Shown here: piece after piece, positions 17,050 through 27,106 of the stretch | Layout of the letters: every line of letters begins with the position of its first letter | Numbering within the stretch: position 1 is the first letter of the stretch | Source: Candidatus Hermodarchaeum yapensis | GTDB taxonomy: Archaea; Asgardarchaeota; Hermodarchaeia; Hermodarchaeales; Hermodarchaeaceae | Length of the DNA: 64,000 bases | Assembly (NCBI GenBank): GCA_016840405.1 | Contig: JAEOSK010000001.1 | Location: 40,952 to 104,951 of the forward strand | Direction: 5' to 3' | Made by a program: the position numbers and the translations under genes | The notes under the pieces: model-generated | Databases searched by the model: none | Told to the model about the DNA's origin: nothing | What the model saw: the letters and a program-made list of their open reading frames with translations, nothing else

Positions 17050-17589
17050 ATGTCAGTGAAAGAAAGTCCACAGAGTAAACAGATGACTGCAATAAGAATT
17101 CGGAGTGCAAATGAAAACGATATACCTGGGATTCATATGGTAATCAGTAAAGGGTTTTGGGGTCTTCAAAGGCGAGGATATTCAAAGAAAGCAATTGAAG
17201 CAGCAATTCCCTCTCGAAGTGAAATTCAACAACGTTTACTTTTGCCTAAAACGGTTGTATTTGTAGCTGCAAATGAAGACCAAATTATTGGAACAGTTAC
17301 TGGAAGTGAGAAATTCGAACACTTTCATGTCCAGTCCTTTGCGGTTGATCCTAGGTTTCAAGGGCACCGAGTTGGGTATAGTCTTATGACTGAACTTGAA
17401 AAAAGCGCTCGACAATTTAATTGTAAGAAATTATTTGTGCAAACCGCCTGGGCAATGTTTGAAGCCATTAAACTGTATCTGAAGTTAGATTTTGAACTGG
17501 AGGGATATCATCCAAGACATTTTTTTGGAGAAGTATTGCTGTCGTTTGGCAAAATTCTGAAACCATCAAAAAATGGTAATCGAGTGTGA
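17050..17589 (+). CDS. GNAT family N-acetyltransferase
   Basis: FQGHRVGYSLM motif. Confidence 0.65.
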   Translation: MSVKESPQSKQMTAIRIRSANENDIPGIHMVISKGFWGLQRRGYSKKAIEAAIPSRSEIQQRLLLPKTVVFVAANEDQIIGTVTGSEKFEHFHVQSFAVDPRFQGHRVGYSLMTELEKSARQFNCKKLFVQTAWAMFEAIKLYLKLDFELEGYHPRHFFGEVLLSFGKILKPSKNGNRV

Positions 17590-17684
17590 TTATGTTCCTG
17601 CCAAGGTCCTTCTGTGTTGAATATGGAATTGGGGCATCAGCCAATGGACATTTTTTCACATAGTCACCAAAGGGAGATTTACTA

Positions 17685-18641
17685 TTGATCAACTCATCTA
17701 TCAAATACTATCTAAGCCTAATAATTGCATCAATTTGCTTTGGGAGCATTGCTGTTTTTGCGTTCTATCTGACCCTATTTGGTGTTTCTTCAACACAGCA
17801 GACATTCTTTCGAATACTCTTTACGGCATTTTACCTGTTTTGTGGTCTAGGTGTTTGGCTTCGCTTTCATGATATTTCCATTAGACCCGAGCACGTAACA
17901 CTTTTTGTCCTCTATGGACTGATAGGGGTGTGTGCACCCCTTTTTACTTACATAACTGCTATTGCAATAGGTACGCCAGTTATCGTTGCAGTTTCGCTAG
18001 CCTATCTTTATCCTGCTATTACACTTATCCTTGCCAGAATTTTTCTAAATGAATTGTTCAATTTGAAACGAATCATCGCTGTAGTTTGTTCTATAACTGG
18101 GGCAATCGTTATTTCAACACCAATAATTTCTGAATATTTCCCGATACCTGTTTTTGGCTTCATTCTATCAGCATTAACTGCTTTGTTTTTAGCCTGTTTC
18201 ATGGTGGTGGGACGAAAATTAGGTGGATATGAGGATTATAACCCACTTGTCACTACATTCTGGGGATATTTATTTGGGTCTTTATGGATGGGTGTTATTC
18301 TACTCGGTCTGCAGTTTCTAATCATTGATCCTCGTATTGTTGGGTTCCAATTGATATTACCAATACCTGTTTGGGTTTTACTTCTCGGGTTTGCCTTAAT
18401 TGCCACAGCAATTCCCTACACATTAACTAATTATGGAATGAAGCGAATTGATGCTTCCGTAACCTCAATCATTCTACTACTTGACCCACTAAGTAGTGTT
18501 ATCTTTGGAATCCTCTTGATGGGTCAAGTAGTGGTATTTTGGCAACTCAGTGGTGCATCGTTAATTCTTATTGCTACCATACTAACTGGCCTTGAACAAA
18601 AATCATCTAAAAAGAACAGTATAAGGCAAAAGGGGAGCTAA
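17685..18641 (+). CDS. EamA/DMT-superfamily transporter (10 TM)
   Basis: two 5-TM halves, hydrophobic profile. Confidence 0.65.
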   Translation: MINSSIKYYLSLIIASICFGSIAVFAFYLTLFGVSSTQQTFFRILFTAFYLFCGLGVWLRFHDISIRPEHVTLFVLYGLIGVCAPLFTYITAIAIGTPVIVAVSLAYLYPAITLILARIFLNELFNLKRIIAVVCSITGAIVISTPIISEYFPIPVFGFILSALTALFLACFMVVGRKLGGYEDYNPLVTTFWGYLFGSLWMGVILLGLQFLIIDPRIVGFQLILPIPVWVLLLGFALIATAIPYTLTNYGMKRIDASVTSIILLLDPLSSVIFGILLMGQVVVFWQLSGASLILIATILTGLEQKSSKKNSIRQKGS

Positions 18642-18660
18642 GAAATCATACCGGGCTGGG

Positions 18661-18713
18661 GTTGATGATGGTGCCGAGTTTTTTGCCGATGAGTATGAGG
18701 AAGAGGATGTCAC
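18661..18713. repeat. direct repeat copy A: remnant duplicate of helicase gene 3' end (33/33 identical then 15/20)
   Basis: gttgatgatggtgccgagttttttgccgatgag identical at 18661 and 19834. Confidence 0.6.
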
Positions 18714-18796
18714 TTAAAAAAATTAAATATTTATTTTTTCTTTTTAAGGAACATAATACTTAAACTGTCGGCTCATTCTCTTTTAGACATCGCATA

Positions 18797-19822
18797 TTGG
18801 TTGGAAGCTTCGGAGGGTTGTGTATGTTCCAGGTTACGCTTCGTGGTTCACATTATGAAATTGGCAGGCAATATGGAATGCTACTTAAAAACAAGGGGAT
18901 CAAATATCCAAGACCAACGGATGTGGCGATCCGATTTGCAGCAAAGGTTGAACAAGAAGTTGCTAATTTAGTCCCAGAACTGATTGAAGAAATCCAGGGA
19001 ATCACAGATGGAAGTGGATTTGATTTTGAGATTATACGAACCTTTGCGCTCACCGTGGGTAGGAGTCCAGCCTGTACAATACTCGCAATTCCTGGTCAAT
19101 ATACCGTAGATGGACACCCAATCTTTGCCCGAAACTATGATGCCACTCCTACATTTCAGGACTTCACTCTCTATCGGACTTATCCGAAGAAACACCTCGC
19201 CCATATGGGTTGTTGTTTTGATATGCTTGTAGGCCGAGAGGATGGATTAAATGAAGCGGGTGTTGCTATTGCCGTTGCAGGTGTCCATGGCCTTTACACA
19301 GACGCACCTGGTGTGTGGGATCATATCCCCCTCCGGGCGGTCCTGGATCATTGTACATCCGTTGACCAAGCTGTTGCACTGCTGAAACAATTTCCCCATT
19401 TTTGGACAAAGAATTTTCTTGTTGCAGATACTAAGGGACACATTGCCATCATTGAAGCTGCCCAACAACGAATCTCTGTTCATTACCCACAAAACGAGAT
19501 TGGCGCTATCACCAACCACTTCGTTTCCTCTTCAATGCAGCCTTTTAATGATTCCAATAGAACCATGCCTCAAACCCATCATCGCCTCCAAATCCTCAAA
19601 GATTGGTTTCAGCAGCAGACAAATGTCATTAAAATTAGTCAGATTAAGCGTATTCTAAAAAATCCTAAAACCGGCATCTGTTCAAACAATTTAGAAACAT
19701 CCACGCAAAAGGGATTTCTAACAATCTGGTCTTGGATAGCCAAACTTGGTAATCGGAGTTTCGAAATGGCAACAGGAACCCCAATCACCCTCTCTTCTAG
19801 ATACAAAAGCTACTCTTTCTAA
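18797..19822 (+). CDS. C45-family (acyl-CoA:6-aminopenicillanic acid acyltransferase/choloylglycine hydrolase-like) autoproteolytic Ntn hydrolase
   Basis: N-term GSHYEIGRQYG, internal S-P-A-C-T candidate nucleophile; 341 aa. Confidence 0.5.
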   Translation: MVGSFGGLCMFQVTLRGSHYEIGRQYGMLLKNKGIKYPRPTDVAIRFAAKVEQEVANLVPELIEEIQGITDGSGFDFEIIRTFALTVGRSPACTILAIPGQYTVDGHPIFARNYDATPTFQDFTLYRTYPKKHLAHMGCCFDMLVGREDGLNEAGVAIAVAGVHGLYTDAPGVWDHIPLRAVLDHCTSVDQAVALLKQFPHFWTKNFLVADTKGHIAIIEAAQQRISVHYPQNEIGAITNHFVSSSMQPFNDSNRTMPQTHHRLQILKDWFQQQTNVIKISQIKRILKNPKTGICSNNLETSTQKGFLTIWSWIAKLGNRSFEMATGTPITLSSRYKSYSF

Positions 19823-19827
19823 GAATG

Positions 19828-21573
19828 CTAGGTGTTGATGATGGTGCCGAGTTTTTTGCCGATGAGTTCGAGGAAGAGGGTATCGCGTTTGAGGGATTTT
19901 TCGTCTTCCACAGTTTGATTGTAGCTGATAGTGTAGAGGGTTTTGATGTGGTGAGTGGTACTGCGGATGCGTCCAAGGCTTTGTTCGTAGCGTTCGAGGG
20001 AGAGGGTGGTGCCGTAGTAGATGCCGGTGTCGGCTTCAGGGAGGTCAGTACCTTTTTCGATGAGCCGTTCGGAGGCGAAGAGGACTTTGGCATCGCCGGC
20101 TTTGAAGGCGCTGATGCGGGCATGTTGCATAGCTCCAGTCATCCCCCCATGCACGTTCGTGCTAGGAATGTTGTGATAGTTGGCGACTTGGGTCAAGTAT
20201 TTCGTGGTGTCAACAAAACGGCAGAGCACTAAGATTTGTTGTCCTTCCTTGGTTATACGATCTAGCCAGTAGAGGAGGCGTTCCTGTTTTTTATCGGGAG
20301 CTTGTTCTGCTTCACGAGCCGCGATTTTTTGCAGAATGGTTTCAAATTCGGAGTTGGCGGTCAGGATTTTGTTGGTAATGTTATGGATGAAGGTTCGAAA
20401 TGAGGGGAAGGTGCTTTCGAGGAGTCGTTGACGGGCAACCGTCATGAGGAGATATGCTCTGGCTGATGCGAGGATGCGATCAAGTTTTTGGTCATCTTCT
20501 GCGTATTCGTCTTTGAGTTTCTGTTGGAGTTCTTTTTTCGCAAGGAGGTCAGTGATGAAGAGCAGAATGCGGTCGTAGGGGATTTTGGGGCGTCCAGTGA
20601 GTGTCGAGTAGGCTTGGTTTAGGGGTGTGATGAGCAGGCGTTTGATGGTTGTGATTTTGCCATCGATTGTGCTGATCCAGTCGTCAAAGACGCGAATTCG
20701 TTGGAGGCGATAGGCAGGTTTATGATCTTCGAAGTCATCACCGACTGGGCGGATTTCGGCGACGCGTTGGTCGCCACCAAAAGTGGTTTTGAGTAGGTCG
20801 ATTTTTGCATCTTGGGAAAGGGCTGCCGTAAGACCAATGACAATACGATCTGAAGCGTGATTGAGCAAGTTCAAGAGGTTGAGGATGGGTTCGAATTTCT
20901 TATTCAATCGATAGTTGCGAGCCGAAAATTCGCGAATGACATGGTCTTCTAAGCGTTTTTTGTCAACTTCATAGTTCAGAGTCTCGGAGGCTTCGAGTTC
21001 TTGTTTGAGATCAGAGATGATTTGATTGAATGTACGACCATTACCAAACCTGCGTTCGATAAACTGGATAGTTTCGTTTCGAGGGCGTTTTTTACCATAG
21101 CTTTGCGCAAAAATGTCAAGAATTTCGTCAATTATTACCACCCGAACTTTTTCCAGAGTGCTTTTTTTAATTCGCCTGGTTCGTCCGGTTATTGCGTTCA
21201 GCAAAAGAATTGGTGTGGCAAAGATGAACTTGGCCATATCTGCATGTTGCTGAGTCATTTGGGCGGGTAGGGTTTTTTCTTCATCCAATAAGAAGAGGTA
21301 CCCCTGGTTGGCAAGTCCGTACGATTTTGCCATCGCATAGATTTGATACTTGAGTTTGCGATCTTGGACCAGAAAGAGTACTTTTTCATCGGGTTGAAGT
21401 AAGTTGCGTTCAATGAGCATCTCAACAATAAGGGTGGAAATGAAGGTTTTACCCATCCCTGTGGGAAGAAGTAACAAGAATACCTTCTGTTCGTTGTGTT
21501 CTAAGTAATTAATGACTTGATCTCGGGCGTTTAGCTGGTACAAACGAGGTTGGTACTCATTCTTATCTGCCAC
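19828..21573 (-). CDS. SF2 DEAD/DEAH-box-type helicase (Hef/RecQ-like core, 581 aa)
   Basis: motif I LLPTGMGKT, motif II IIDEILD, motif III LTAAL, C-terminal helicase domain with QSLGRIRS. Confidence 0.65.
   Translation of the reverse strand: MADKNEYQPRLYQLNARDQVINYLEHNEQKVFLLLLPTGMGKTFISTLIVEMLIERNLLQPDEKVLFLVQDRKLKYQIYAMAKSYGLANQGYLFLLDEEKTLPAQMTQQHADMAKFIFATPILLLNAITGRTRRIKKSTLEKVRVVIIDEILDIFAQSYGKKRPRNETIQFIERRFGNGRTFNQIISDLKQELEASETLNYEVDKKRLEDHVIREFSARNYRLNKKFEPILNLLNLLNHASDRIVIGLTAALSQDAKIDLLKTTFGGDQRVAEIRPVGDDFEDHKPAYRLQRIRVFDDWISTIDGKITTIKRLLITPLNQAYSTLTGRPKIPYDRILLFITDLLAKKELQQKLKDEYAEDDQKLDRILASARAYLLMTVARQRLLESTFPSFRTFIHNITNKILTANSEFETILQKIAAREAEQAPDKKQERLLYWLDRITKEGQQILVLCRFVDTTKYLTQVANYHNIPSTNVHGGMTGAMQHARISAFKAGDAKVLFASERLIEKGTDLPEADTGIYYGTTLSLERYEQSLGRIRSTTHHIKTLYTISYNQTVEDEKSLKRDTLFLELIGKKLGTIINT
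19834..19886. repeat. direct repeat copy B (authentic 3' end of helicase CDS)
   Basis: see copy A. Confidence 0.6.
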
Positions 21574-21682
21574 AAATAGCCCTCATCAACAATTTTCGAA
21601 TATCTGCCGATGAAAACAGACTTTATATAAATTTGGAAAATTGCTCTGATGGGTATCGACTGAAACTTGCTTTAAAAATGTC

Positions 21683-22513
21683 TTAGATTTGTTCCTCAAT
21701 ACGATTTAGCCATTCATGGACAAGTGTGTTGAATAATTGCTCTTGTTCCATTTGTAGGCAATGACCTGCTCGGTCAAGGACAGCAAAGGTGGCACGCGGA
21801 TAATTTTCCAAGATGTTCCAAGCGTCTTGATAGCCCACCCAATGGTCTTGACGACCTACGAGAATGAGCGTGGGCTTCTCAAATGCTTTTGGTGGGGTAT
21901 CTACATTGAAACTGTATTCATTCCCGTGTGTAACTAGTTGGTTTAGGAATGAATGGTTTGCTACTTTTACGCCAGGTAGAATTTCTGGTTCGTAGCGTTT
22001 CCAGTGCTCTGAAGTTTGAATCACTGCTACTTCAGTGAAACCTTCCTTTTCTGCAGGATTCATTGTTGATAAGAACGCGTCATCTCGGACCAGTACGTTT
22101 TTGGGAGGAAGTGTTCGATCTGCTCTTTCGGAGACCACTCGGGGCACAATTAGAAGCAATCCATCTACTGGTTCCATACGCTTGTAAAGCACTCCCCGAG
22201 CTAGATAGCCACCATAGGATAAACCGACAAGCAGGAATCGTTGATTCGGAATAATTGTGTCAATGAACTCTAGGACAACTTGTAGAATGTGGTCTTGATT
22301 CTTAATCCACTTAGGGGCTGGGGTTTGACCATGTCCCGGTAAATCGAGATAAAATCGCTGCCATCCAGAACGGGTTTTGAATACTGGTTCCATGCACCCC
22401 ACCATAGAGTGATGATCAAGCGTTGAACCATGTATAATCATCACAGGTTTCCCTTTACCATGCATCACGTAATGGACAGTGATATCCTTTAGTCTGCATT
22501 TCATGGTCTTCAC
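21683..22513 (-). CDS. alpha/beta-fold hydrolase
   Basis: GLSYGG nucleophile elbow, HG oxyanion motif. Confidence 0.6.
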   Translation of the reverse strand: MKTMKCRLKDITVHYVMHGKGKPVMIIHGSTLDHHSMVGCMEPVFKTRSGWQRFYLDLPGHGQTPAPKWIKNQDHILQVVLEFIDTIIPNQRFLLVGLSYGGYLARGVLYKRMEPVDGLLLIVPRVVSERADRTLPPKNVLVRDDAFLSTMNPAEKEGFTEVAVIQTSEHWKRYEPEILPGVKVANHSFLNQLVTHGNEYSFNVDTPPKAFEKPTLILVGRQDHWVGYQDAWNILENYPRATFAVLDRAGHCLQMEQEQLFNTLVHEWLNRIEEQI

Positions 22514-22562
22514 TGGAAACGTCTCGTCTTACCTATCTTAAAAAAGATGGGTGTAAAGGAAT

Positions 22563-23192
22563 ATGAGGGTGGAAGGTTTGTCCATCGAAAATATTAACGG
22601 ATTAATTCGTGACTGGCGACAGGGTAGAAAACGCGGGCTTAGAAGGGAGACCTTTGCAGCAAATCGGAAGGGCTATCAGCAACTCGTTGCGGCATTGGCT
22701 GGTGAGTATCTGCCAAGAATTCGGGAATTTGTGACTACAGAACAGACGCCACCGAAAAGAGCGTTAAAAGCTTGGAAACAACTGATGACCGACTTTGAAG
22801 AAGATATGCGGATGTTGGATGCCTTCGATCCCAGTGGAAAAGCCCTATTTACCGCAGCAGTCATCATTGCACGGGGTGCTTTTCGTGATAAGAAGGCTCA
22901 GAAAGCCTTCGAACAGTCAAAAAATGAACCTGTTGACATCTTTGGTAATCCAGAACTCATTAGCTGTATCGCTGCCTCATTAGATAATATCATTGATCAA
23001 ACATATCATGCCATGCGGGGGATGACAGGCAAGGATTTACGGAGTTCTTTAGTAAGGCGCGCCTCACAACGGCTTCATAATGCCTTAAACCAAGGTGTGA
23101 TTAGGGACCTTAATGAAGTCCAAACACTGCTCCTCCACCCATTAGCAGTAGTTGAAATGGAACGAGAGAAGTTCCTAATTGGAAAATCTTAA
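22563..23192 (+). CDS. hypothetical protein (209 aa)
   Basis: ORF only. Confidence 0.45.
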   Translation: MRVEGLSIENINGLIRDWRQGRKRGLRRETFAANRKGYQQLVAALAGEYLPRIREFVTTEQTPPKRALKAWKQLMTDFEEDMRMLDAFDPSGKALFTAAVIIARGAFRDKKAQKAFEQSKNEPVDIFGNPELISCIAASLDNIIDQTYHAMRGMTGKDLRSSLVRRASQRLHNALNQGVIRDLNEVQTLLLHPLAVVEMEREKFLIGKS

Positions 23193-23271
23193 TCCATGTA
23201 TTGGAATTTTGAACTTCATTGGCAGCTCTGATGTTGAATCGTGTATCTAGTTTATTGGTATCTGGTTTTTG

Positions 23272-23949
23272 TTAAATGGCGAAGTTTGGTGGGGCTCCAA
23301 GGGTAGTAAGAATGAAAAGAATTCCAACGAGCAAAGTGATGGAGAGAGGAATCTCAAAGTAGCCCAGACTTTTTAGAGGTAGCAGAAACGATGTGTTTTC
23401 CTTGTATTTTGTGTAGGTGGCATCAAAGGTTTTGGTAAGGTGGGATTCTTCGATGAGGGCAAGGGTGATATAGATTGCAAGTTGACCAAACCATAATGCA
23501 AGTGTGGCTTCGGGCGTGAGCCAGCCTATGCCAAACGTGTTCTTGAGGAGATTATAGCTTATTGAAGTTAAGCCTAGGGTTAGAAGAATAAAGCCCGCAT
23601 ATTGGGGGTGGCGAATAAACCGGTACGGACCAGTAGTGACAAGCCCTTCCTTTCGATGGGTATACAAGTAGATAATCGAATAAATTACAAGGATGAGCCC
23701 TGTAACAGCAACAATAGTTTCTAGAGGGTACATATGAATGCTCATTTGGATCCCTTCGAGGATTGCATTCGGGATGCTCCAAGGAAATTGTGATGCTAAA
23801 ACAAGCAGGTAGAGAAATACTGGCATAGTCATTAATACAGGATATACACCCAAAGGAGGAATCTGTTGGAGGAGCAGAACGAGGTAGCCACTGACATTCA
23901 AGAAACCAGTTTTAATCTTCTTTAGAAATGACATTTTACGTCCCTTCAA
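23272..23949 (-). CDS. isoprenylcysteine carboxyl methyltransferase (ICMT)/phospholipid methyltransferase-like membrane protein
   Basis: RFIRHPQYAGFIL motif, 5-6 TM. Confidence 0.5.
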   Translation of the reverse strand: MKGRKMSFLKKIKTGFLNVSGYLVLLLQQIPPLGVYPVLMTMPVFLYLLVLASQFPWSIPNAILEGIQMSIHMYPLETIVAVTGLILVIYSIIYLYTHRKEGLVTTGPYRFIRHPQYAGFILLTLGLTSISYNLLKNTFGIGWLTPEATLALWFGQLAIYITLALIEESHLTKTFDATYTKYKENTSFLLPLKSLGYFEIPLSITLLVGILFILTTLGAPPNFAI

Positions 23950-24035
23950 ACAGAAGTTCTCTTACCTACACGAACCTATAATCCTAAAGTTTAGAACACA
24001 CTGTTCAAGGGTTTAGCACAATTCGGAAAAAAGGA

Positions 24036-24569
24036 TCAAAATCTAAATTCCATGTGAATATCCTCTGGTTCCAATTCGAACAATTTCGGATCAATTACCT
24101 TGGCCAGTTGGAATCCACAACTCAAATAGAACTCGACAGTTTTCTTTGATGGCGTTGCAGAAACATAGAGATTTTTTGCTCCCAGTGTTTTCGCGTTCTT
24201 TTTAACCAATTCAACTAGGTGTCTGCCAACACCTCGGTCTCGAAATGGTTGGCTGACCCAGAGAGCAGCGAGATTAAGACGATCCTTATTGCTCCCGAAG
24301 AACTCATGGTCAAGGGCAATAATTCCTGCAATTTTCGAACCCTTGAAGGCACCAATCACAGTGCCACCCCGGTGGTGGATGTCCAGTAATCGTTGGTGGT
24401 ATTCTTGTTTCTGTTCTGTTGACCATTCAGGGATGTCCCAGTGTTCTTTTTCGAGTTCTAACTTGCTGTCCCGAAAATAGTAGATGTGTTCGATGACTTC
24501 GCGGCGATTGAGCTCTGCTACGCGGTGTAGCTCATCTTTGTGCATTTGTCGGTATTTCATTTCAGCCAA
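24036..24569 (-). CDS. GNAT family N-acetyltransferase
   Basis: FRDRGVGRHLV motif. Confidence 0.65.
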   Translation of the reverse strand: MAEMKYRQMHKDELHRVAELNRREVIEHIYYFRDSKLELEKEHWDIPEWSTEQKQEYHQRLLDIHHRGGTVIGAFKGSKIAGIIALDHEFFGSNKDRLNLAALWVSQPFRDRGVGRHLVELVKKNAKTLGAKNLYVSATPSKKTVEFYLSCGFQLAKVIDPKLFELEPEDIHMEFRF

Positions 24570-24766
24570 CTCAAAGGCTTCTTACTTCATCTAACTTAAA
24601 ACCCCGACCATGCGTAGTGTTTTGCTGAAGATTTCTGACTTTGTCGGTTCGAAAAACCACTCAGTTACGGGTTTTAGCCGCAGTTTTTCTCATTTTCCGG
24701 TTTCCATGTAAATAAAAGGGAGATTAAACTAACAAAAGAGTAACTTTCCCATCGTGGTGATCTGTC

Positions 24767-25726
24767 TTGTCCTGGTGGCTTTCTTGGAGGCGGAAACAAC
24801 ATTCCGCATATGTATGTCTCATTGTTCTGACTTTGTTTTTTGGGTCCCTAGTTTCTGTGCTACCAAGAACCGTTGTAGCCCAACCACCCACCGATTTGGA
24901 GGGTGTTAATGTAGCGGTATATGGCATTGAGGAATATCATAGTAGCATCGTCAATAATAACCCGAGTTACAATGCAATGTGGAATATGTATTCTTGGATG
25001 AACGCTACCGTAGAACTAGTCGAAGGGGCTGATATTATCGCGGGGGCGTTAGCAAATTATGATCTTCTCGTCTTCCCTGCATGGGGACCAAATCACTACA
25101 TTTGGGATGTAACCCAGGCTGGGATTATCCAAATACGCCAATATCTTGCTGCAGGTGGATCGTTGTTCAGTGTTTGTCGTGGCACAGAATTTGTGATACA
25201 AAATCTAGCCCTAATCGACGCCGAATTAGACTACATTACAGCCTACATGCCCCAATGTATGGATACACATACAGGGCCTCAATATCTAATGGAAATGACA
25301 GTCAACCGCGCCTCGACCGGTCCTGACCTCTCGGATGAACCCGAATCGTATCGCCTCTTCTGTTCAGGTTCAGCTGCCTTCGTAGGCGCTGGTGTAGCCG
25401 ATGCTATTCCAATCCTATCGTATCCGGATAATGGTGGATCTGGCATGATTGTATTTCATTTTGGAGCGGGAACTGTTTGTCTGTGTACGCCTCATCCAGA
25501 GTTTGAAGAAGGTAGTGATCGGGATGGGGCTGTGTTCCGTGAAAGGCTGAATGATACTGATTCCGAGTGGGATTTGGTGCGAAAAGTGTCAAGTTGGCTT
25601 GTTGAAGCCTCACCGGATGTTCCTCCAGTAATGGTCCATTTACCAATTATTGTGGCTGGAGTAATCGGGTTTGTTGTAGTAATTGGAGGCCTTTTCGTAT
25701 TTATAAGAGTGAAAAGAGGAAATTAA
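24767..25726 (+). CDS. extracytoplasmic class-I glutamine-amidotransferase-like (peptidase C26-like) protein with N-terminal signal/anchor and C-terminal TM anchor
   Basis: FSVCRG nucleophile-elbow-like Cys and downstream HPE motif; hydrophobic N- and C-termini. Confidence 0.45.
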   Translation: MSWWLSWRRKQHSAYVCLIVLTLFFGSLVSVLPRTVVAQPPTDLEGVNVAVYGIEEYHSSIVNNNPSYNAMWNMYSWMNATVELVEGADIIAGALANYDLLVFPAWGPNHYIWDVTQAGIIQIRQYLAAGGSLFSVCRGTEFVIQNLALIDAELDYITAYMPQCMDTHTGPQYLMEMTVNRASTGPDLSDEPESYRLFCSGSAAFVGAGVADAIPILSYPDNGGSGMIVFHFGAGTVCLCTPHPEFEEGSDRDGAVFRERLNDTDSEWDLVRKVSSWLVEASPDVPPVMVHLPIIVAGVIGFVVVIGGLFVFIRVKRGN

Positions 25727-25830
25727 TCGAACTATTCAGTTACCTTCATCAGCATTTCTTCCCTCTATAAGGAAGATTAATGAGTCCACAGAACTGGTTG
25801 GCGTTTATCCCTTCTCTTTGACAATGCTCT

Positions 25831-26643
25831 TTGTTATGGGTGATATTAGTGATAGAAAAAGGTCGAACCTTCCTCAAGGCTACAGACCATGAGAAACTCG
25901 TGAAATTAGAAGAGAAACATCCTGAACTTCTTCCCGATCAAATGAAAAAAATCCCTCCTCCTCCGTATCAGAAGAATTATCCCAAGGATGCAGAGCTCAT
26001 CGACTTGGTGGCACCCAAAGACTTCACCATTGGCCAAATCCCGTTAATTGATGCCATAAACCGTCGTAAAAGTCATCGAGGGTTCACGAAAGAATCCCTT
26101 ACAATCGAAGAATTGTCCTTCTTACTATGGGCCACGCAAGGTATTCGGGAAATCAAAGTAGATCATCGCCATGGTAAAGTTGAGACCACTAAACGCACCG
26201 TTCCTTCTGGTGGTTCACGACATCCCTATGAAACCTATCTTCTGGTGAATCGTGTCGATGGACTTCAACCCGGAATTTATCGTTATCTGGCTATTGAACA
26301 CAAACTTTACTGCGTGGCGCCTGGAGAACCTGACTTCTCGGATCGAATGACCAAAATCTGTGGGGGTCAAACGTTTGCAGGACGCGGAGCCGTCGTCTTT
26401 ATTTGGGCTATCATTCCGTATCGAATCGAATGGCGCTATAGCATTGCTGCACACAAAGGAGCAGCAATTGAAGCTGGGCACATTTGCCAAAATCTCTATT
26501 TGACCTGTGAAGCCATTGGAGCTGGAACATGTGCTATCGCGGCCTACAATCAAAAATCTGCGGATGCTTTCATCGGCGTTGACGGCAAAGACGAATTTAC
26601 TGTCTACATTTCGTCCGTGGGGAAAATTCCACAGCAAAAATGA
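25831..26643 (+). CDS. nitroreductase-fold (SagB-type dehydrogenase-like) flavoprotein
   Basis: RKSHRGF, PSGGSRHPYETYL motifs. Confidence 0.6.
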   Translation: MLWVILVIEKGRTFLKATDHEKLVKLEEKHPELLPDQMKKIPPPPYQKNYPKDAELIDLVAPKDFTIGQIPLIDAINRRKSHRGFTKESLTIEELSFLLWATQGIREIKVDHRHGKVETTKRTVPSGGSRHPYETYLLVNRVDGLQPGIYRYLAIEHKLYCVAPGEPDFSDRMTKICGGQTFAGRGAVVFIWAIIPYRIEWRYSIAAHKGAAIEAGHICQNLYLTCEAIGAGTCAIAAYNQKSADAFIGVDGKDEFTVYISSVGKIPQQK

Positions 26644-26704
26644 GTAATTTACCAAGCGGAACTGGTAGATACAAATTAACAGCTTTAAGAGAGATACCGG
26701 ATTA

Positions 26705-27094
26705 TTGGTTGATGTGGTTTCTATGCCGCGAGTTATTGATTTTGAAATTCCTGCAGATGATGTAGAACGAATTACAAAGTTCTACAAGACCGTGTTTGGA
26801 TGGAAGGTAAAAAAATGGAAGGGCCCGGTTGATCATTGGTTTCTGGTAACTGGTGACGACGCTGAGCCTGGAATAAACGGTTCCTTTGCTAAGCGAGAAG
26901 ACTTTCCTGAAGGAACCACAGTGAATGTTATAGGCGTTGACAATGTGGACAAATATGCTTTGCTGGTGAAAACGAATGGAGGGACGCTTGTCGGGGAAAA
27001 AATCACGATACCAAAGGTTGGCTATTATCAGTATTTTAAGGATACAGAAGGAAATCTCATGGGAATGATGCAATACGATACGCCAGTAAATTAA
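26705..27094 (+). CDS. VOC/glyoxalase-bleomycin-resistance-fold protein
   Basis: 129 aa, paired beta-alpha-beta-beta-beta modules. Confidence 0.55.
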   Translation: MVDVVSMPRVIDFEIPADDVERITKFYKTVFGWKVKKWKGPVDHWFLVTGDDAEPGINGSFAKREDFPEGTTVNVIGVDNVDKYALLVKTNGGTLVGEKITIPKVGYYQYFKDTEGNLMGMMQYDTPVN

Positions 27095-27106
27095 TCATCC
27101 AAATCG

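Noticed and set aside
25831-26643. SagB-type dehydrogenase as marker of a thiazole/oxazole (TOMM) RiPP cluster
   Set aside because: No YcaO or cyclodehydratase partner or precursor peptide is found nearby. It is treated as a stand-alone nitroreductase-fold protein.
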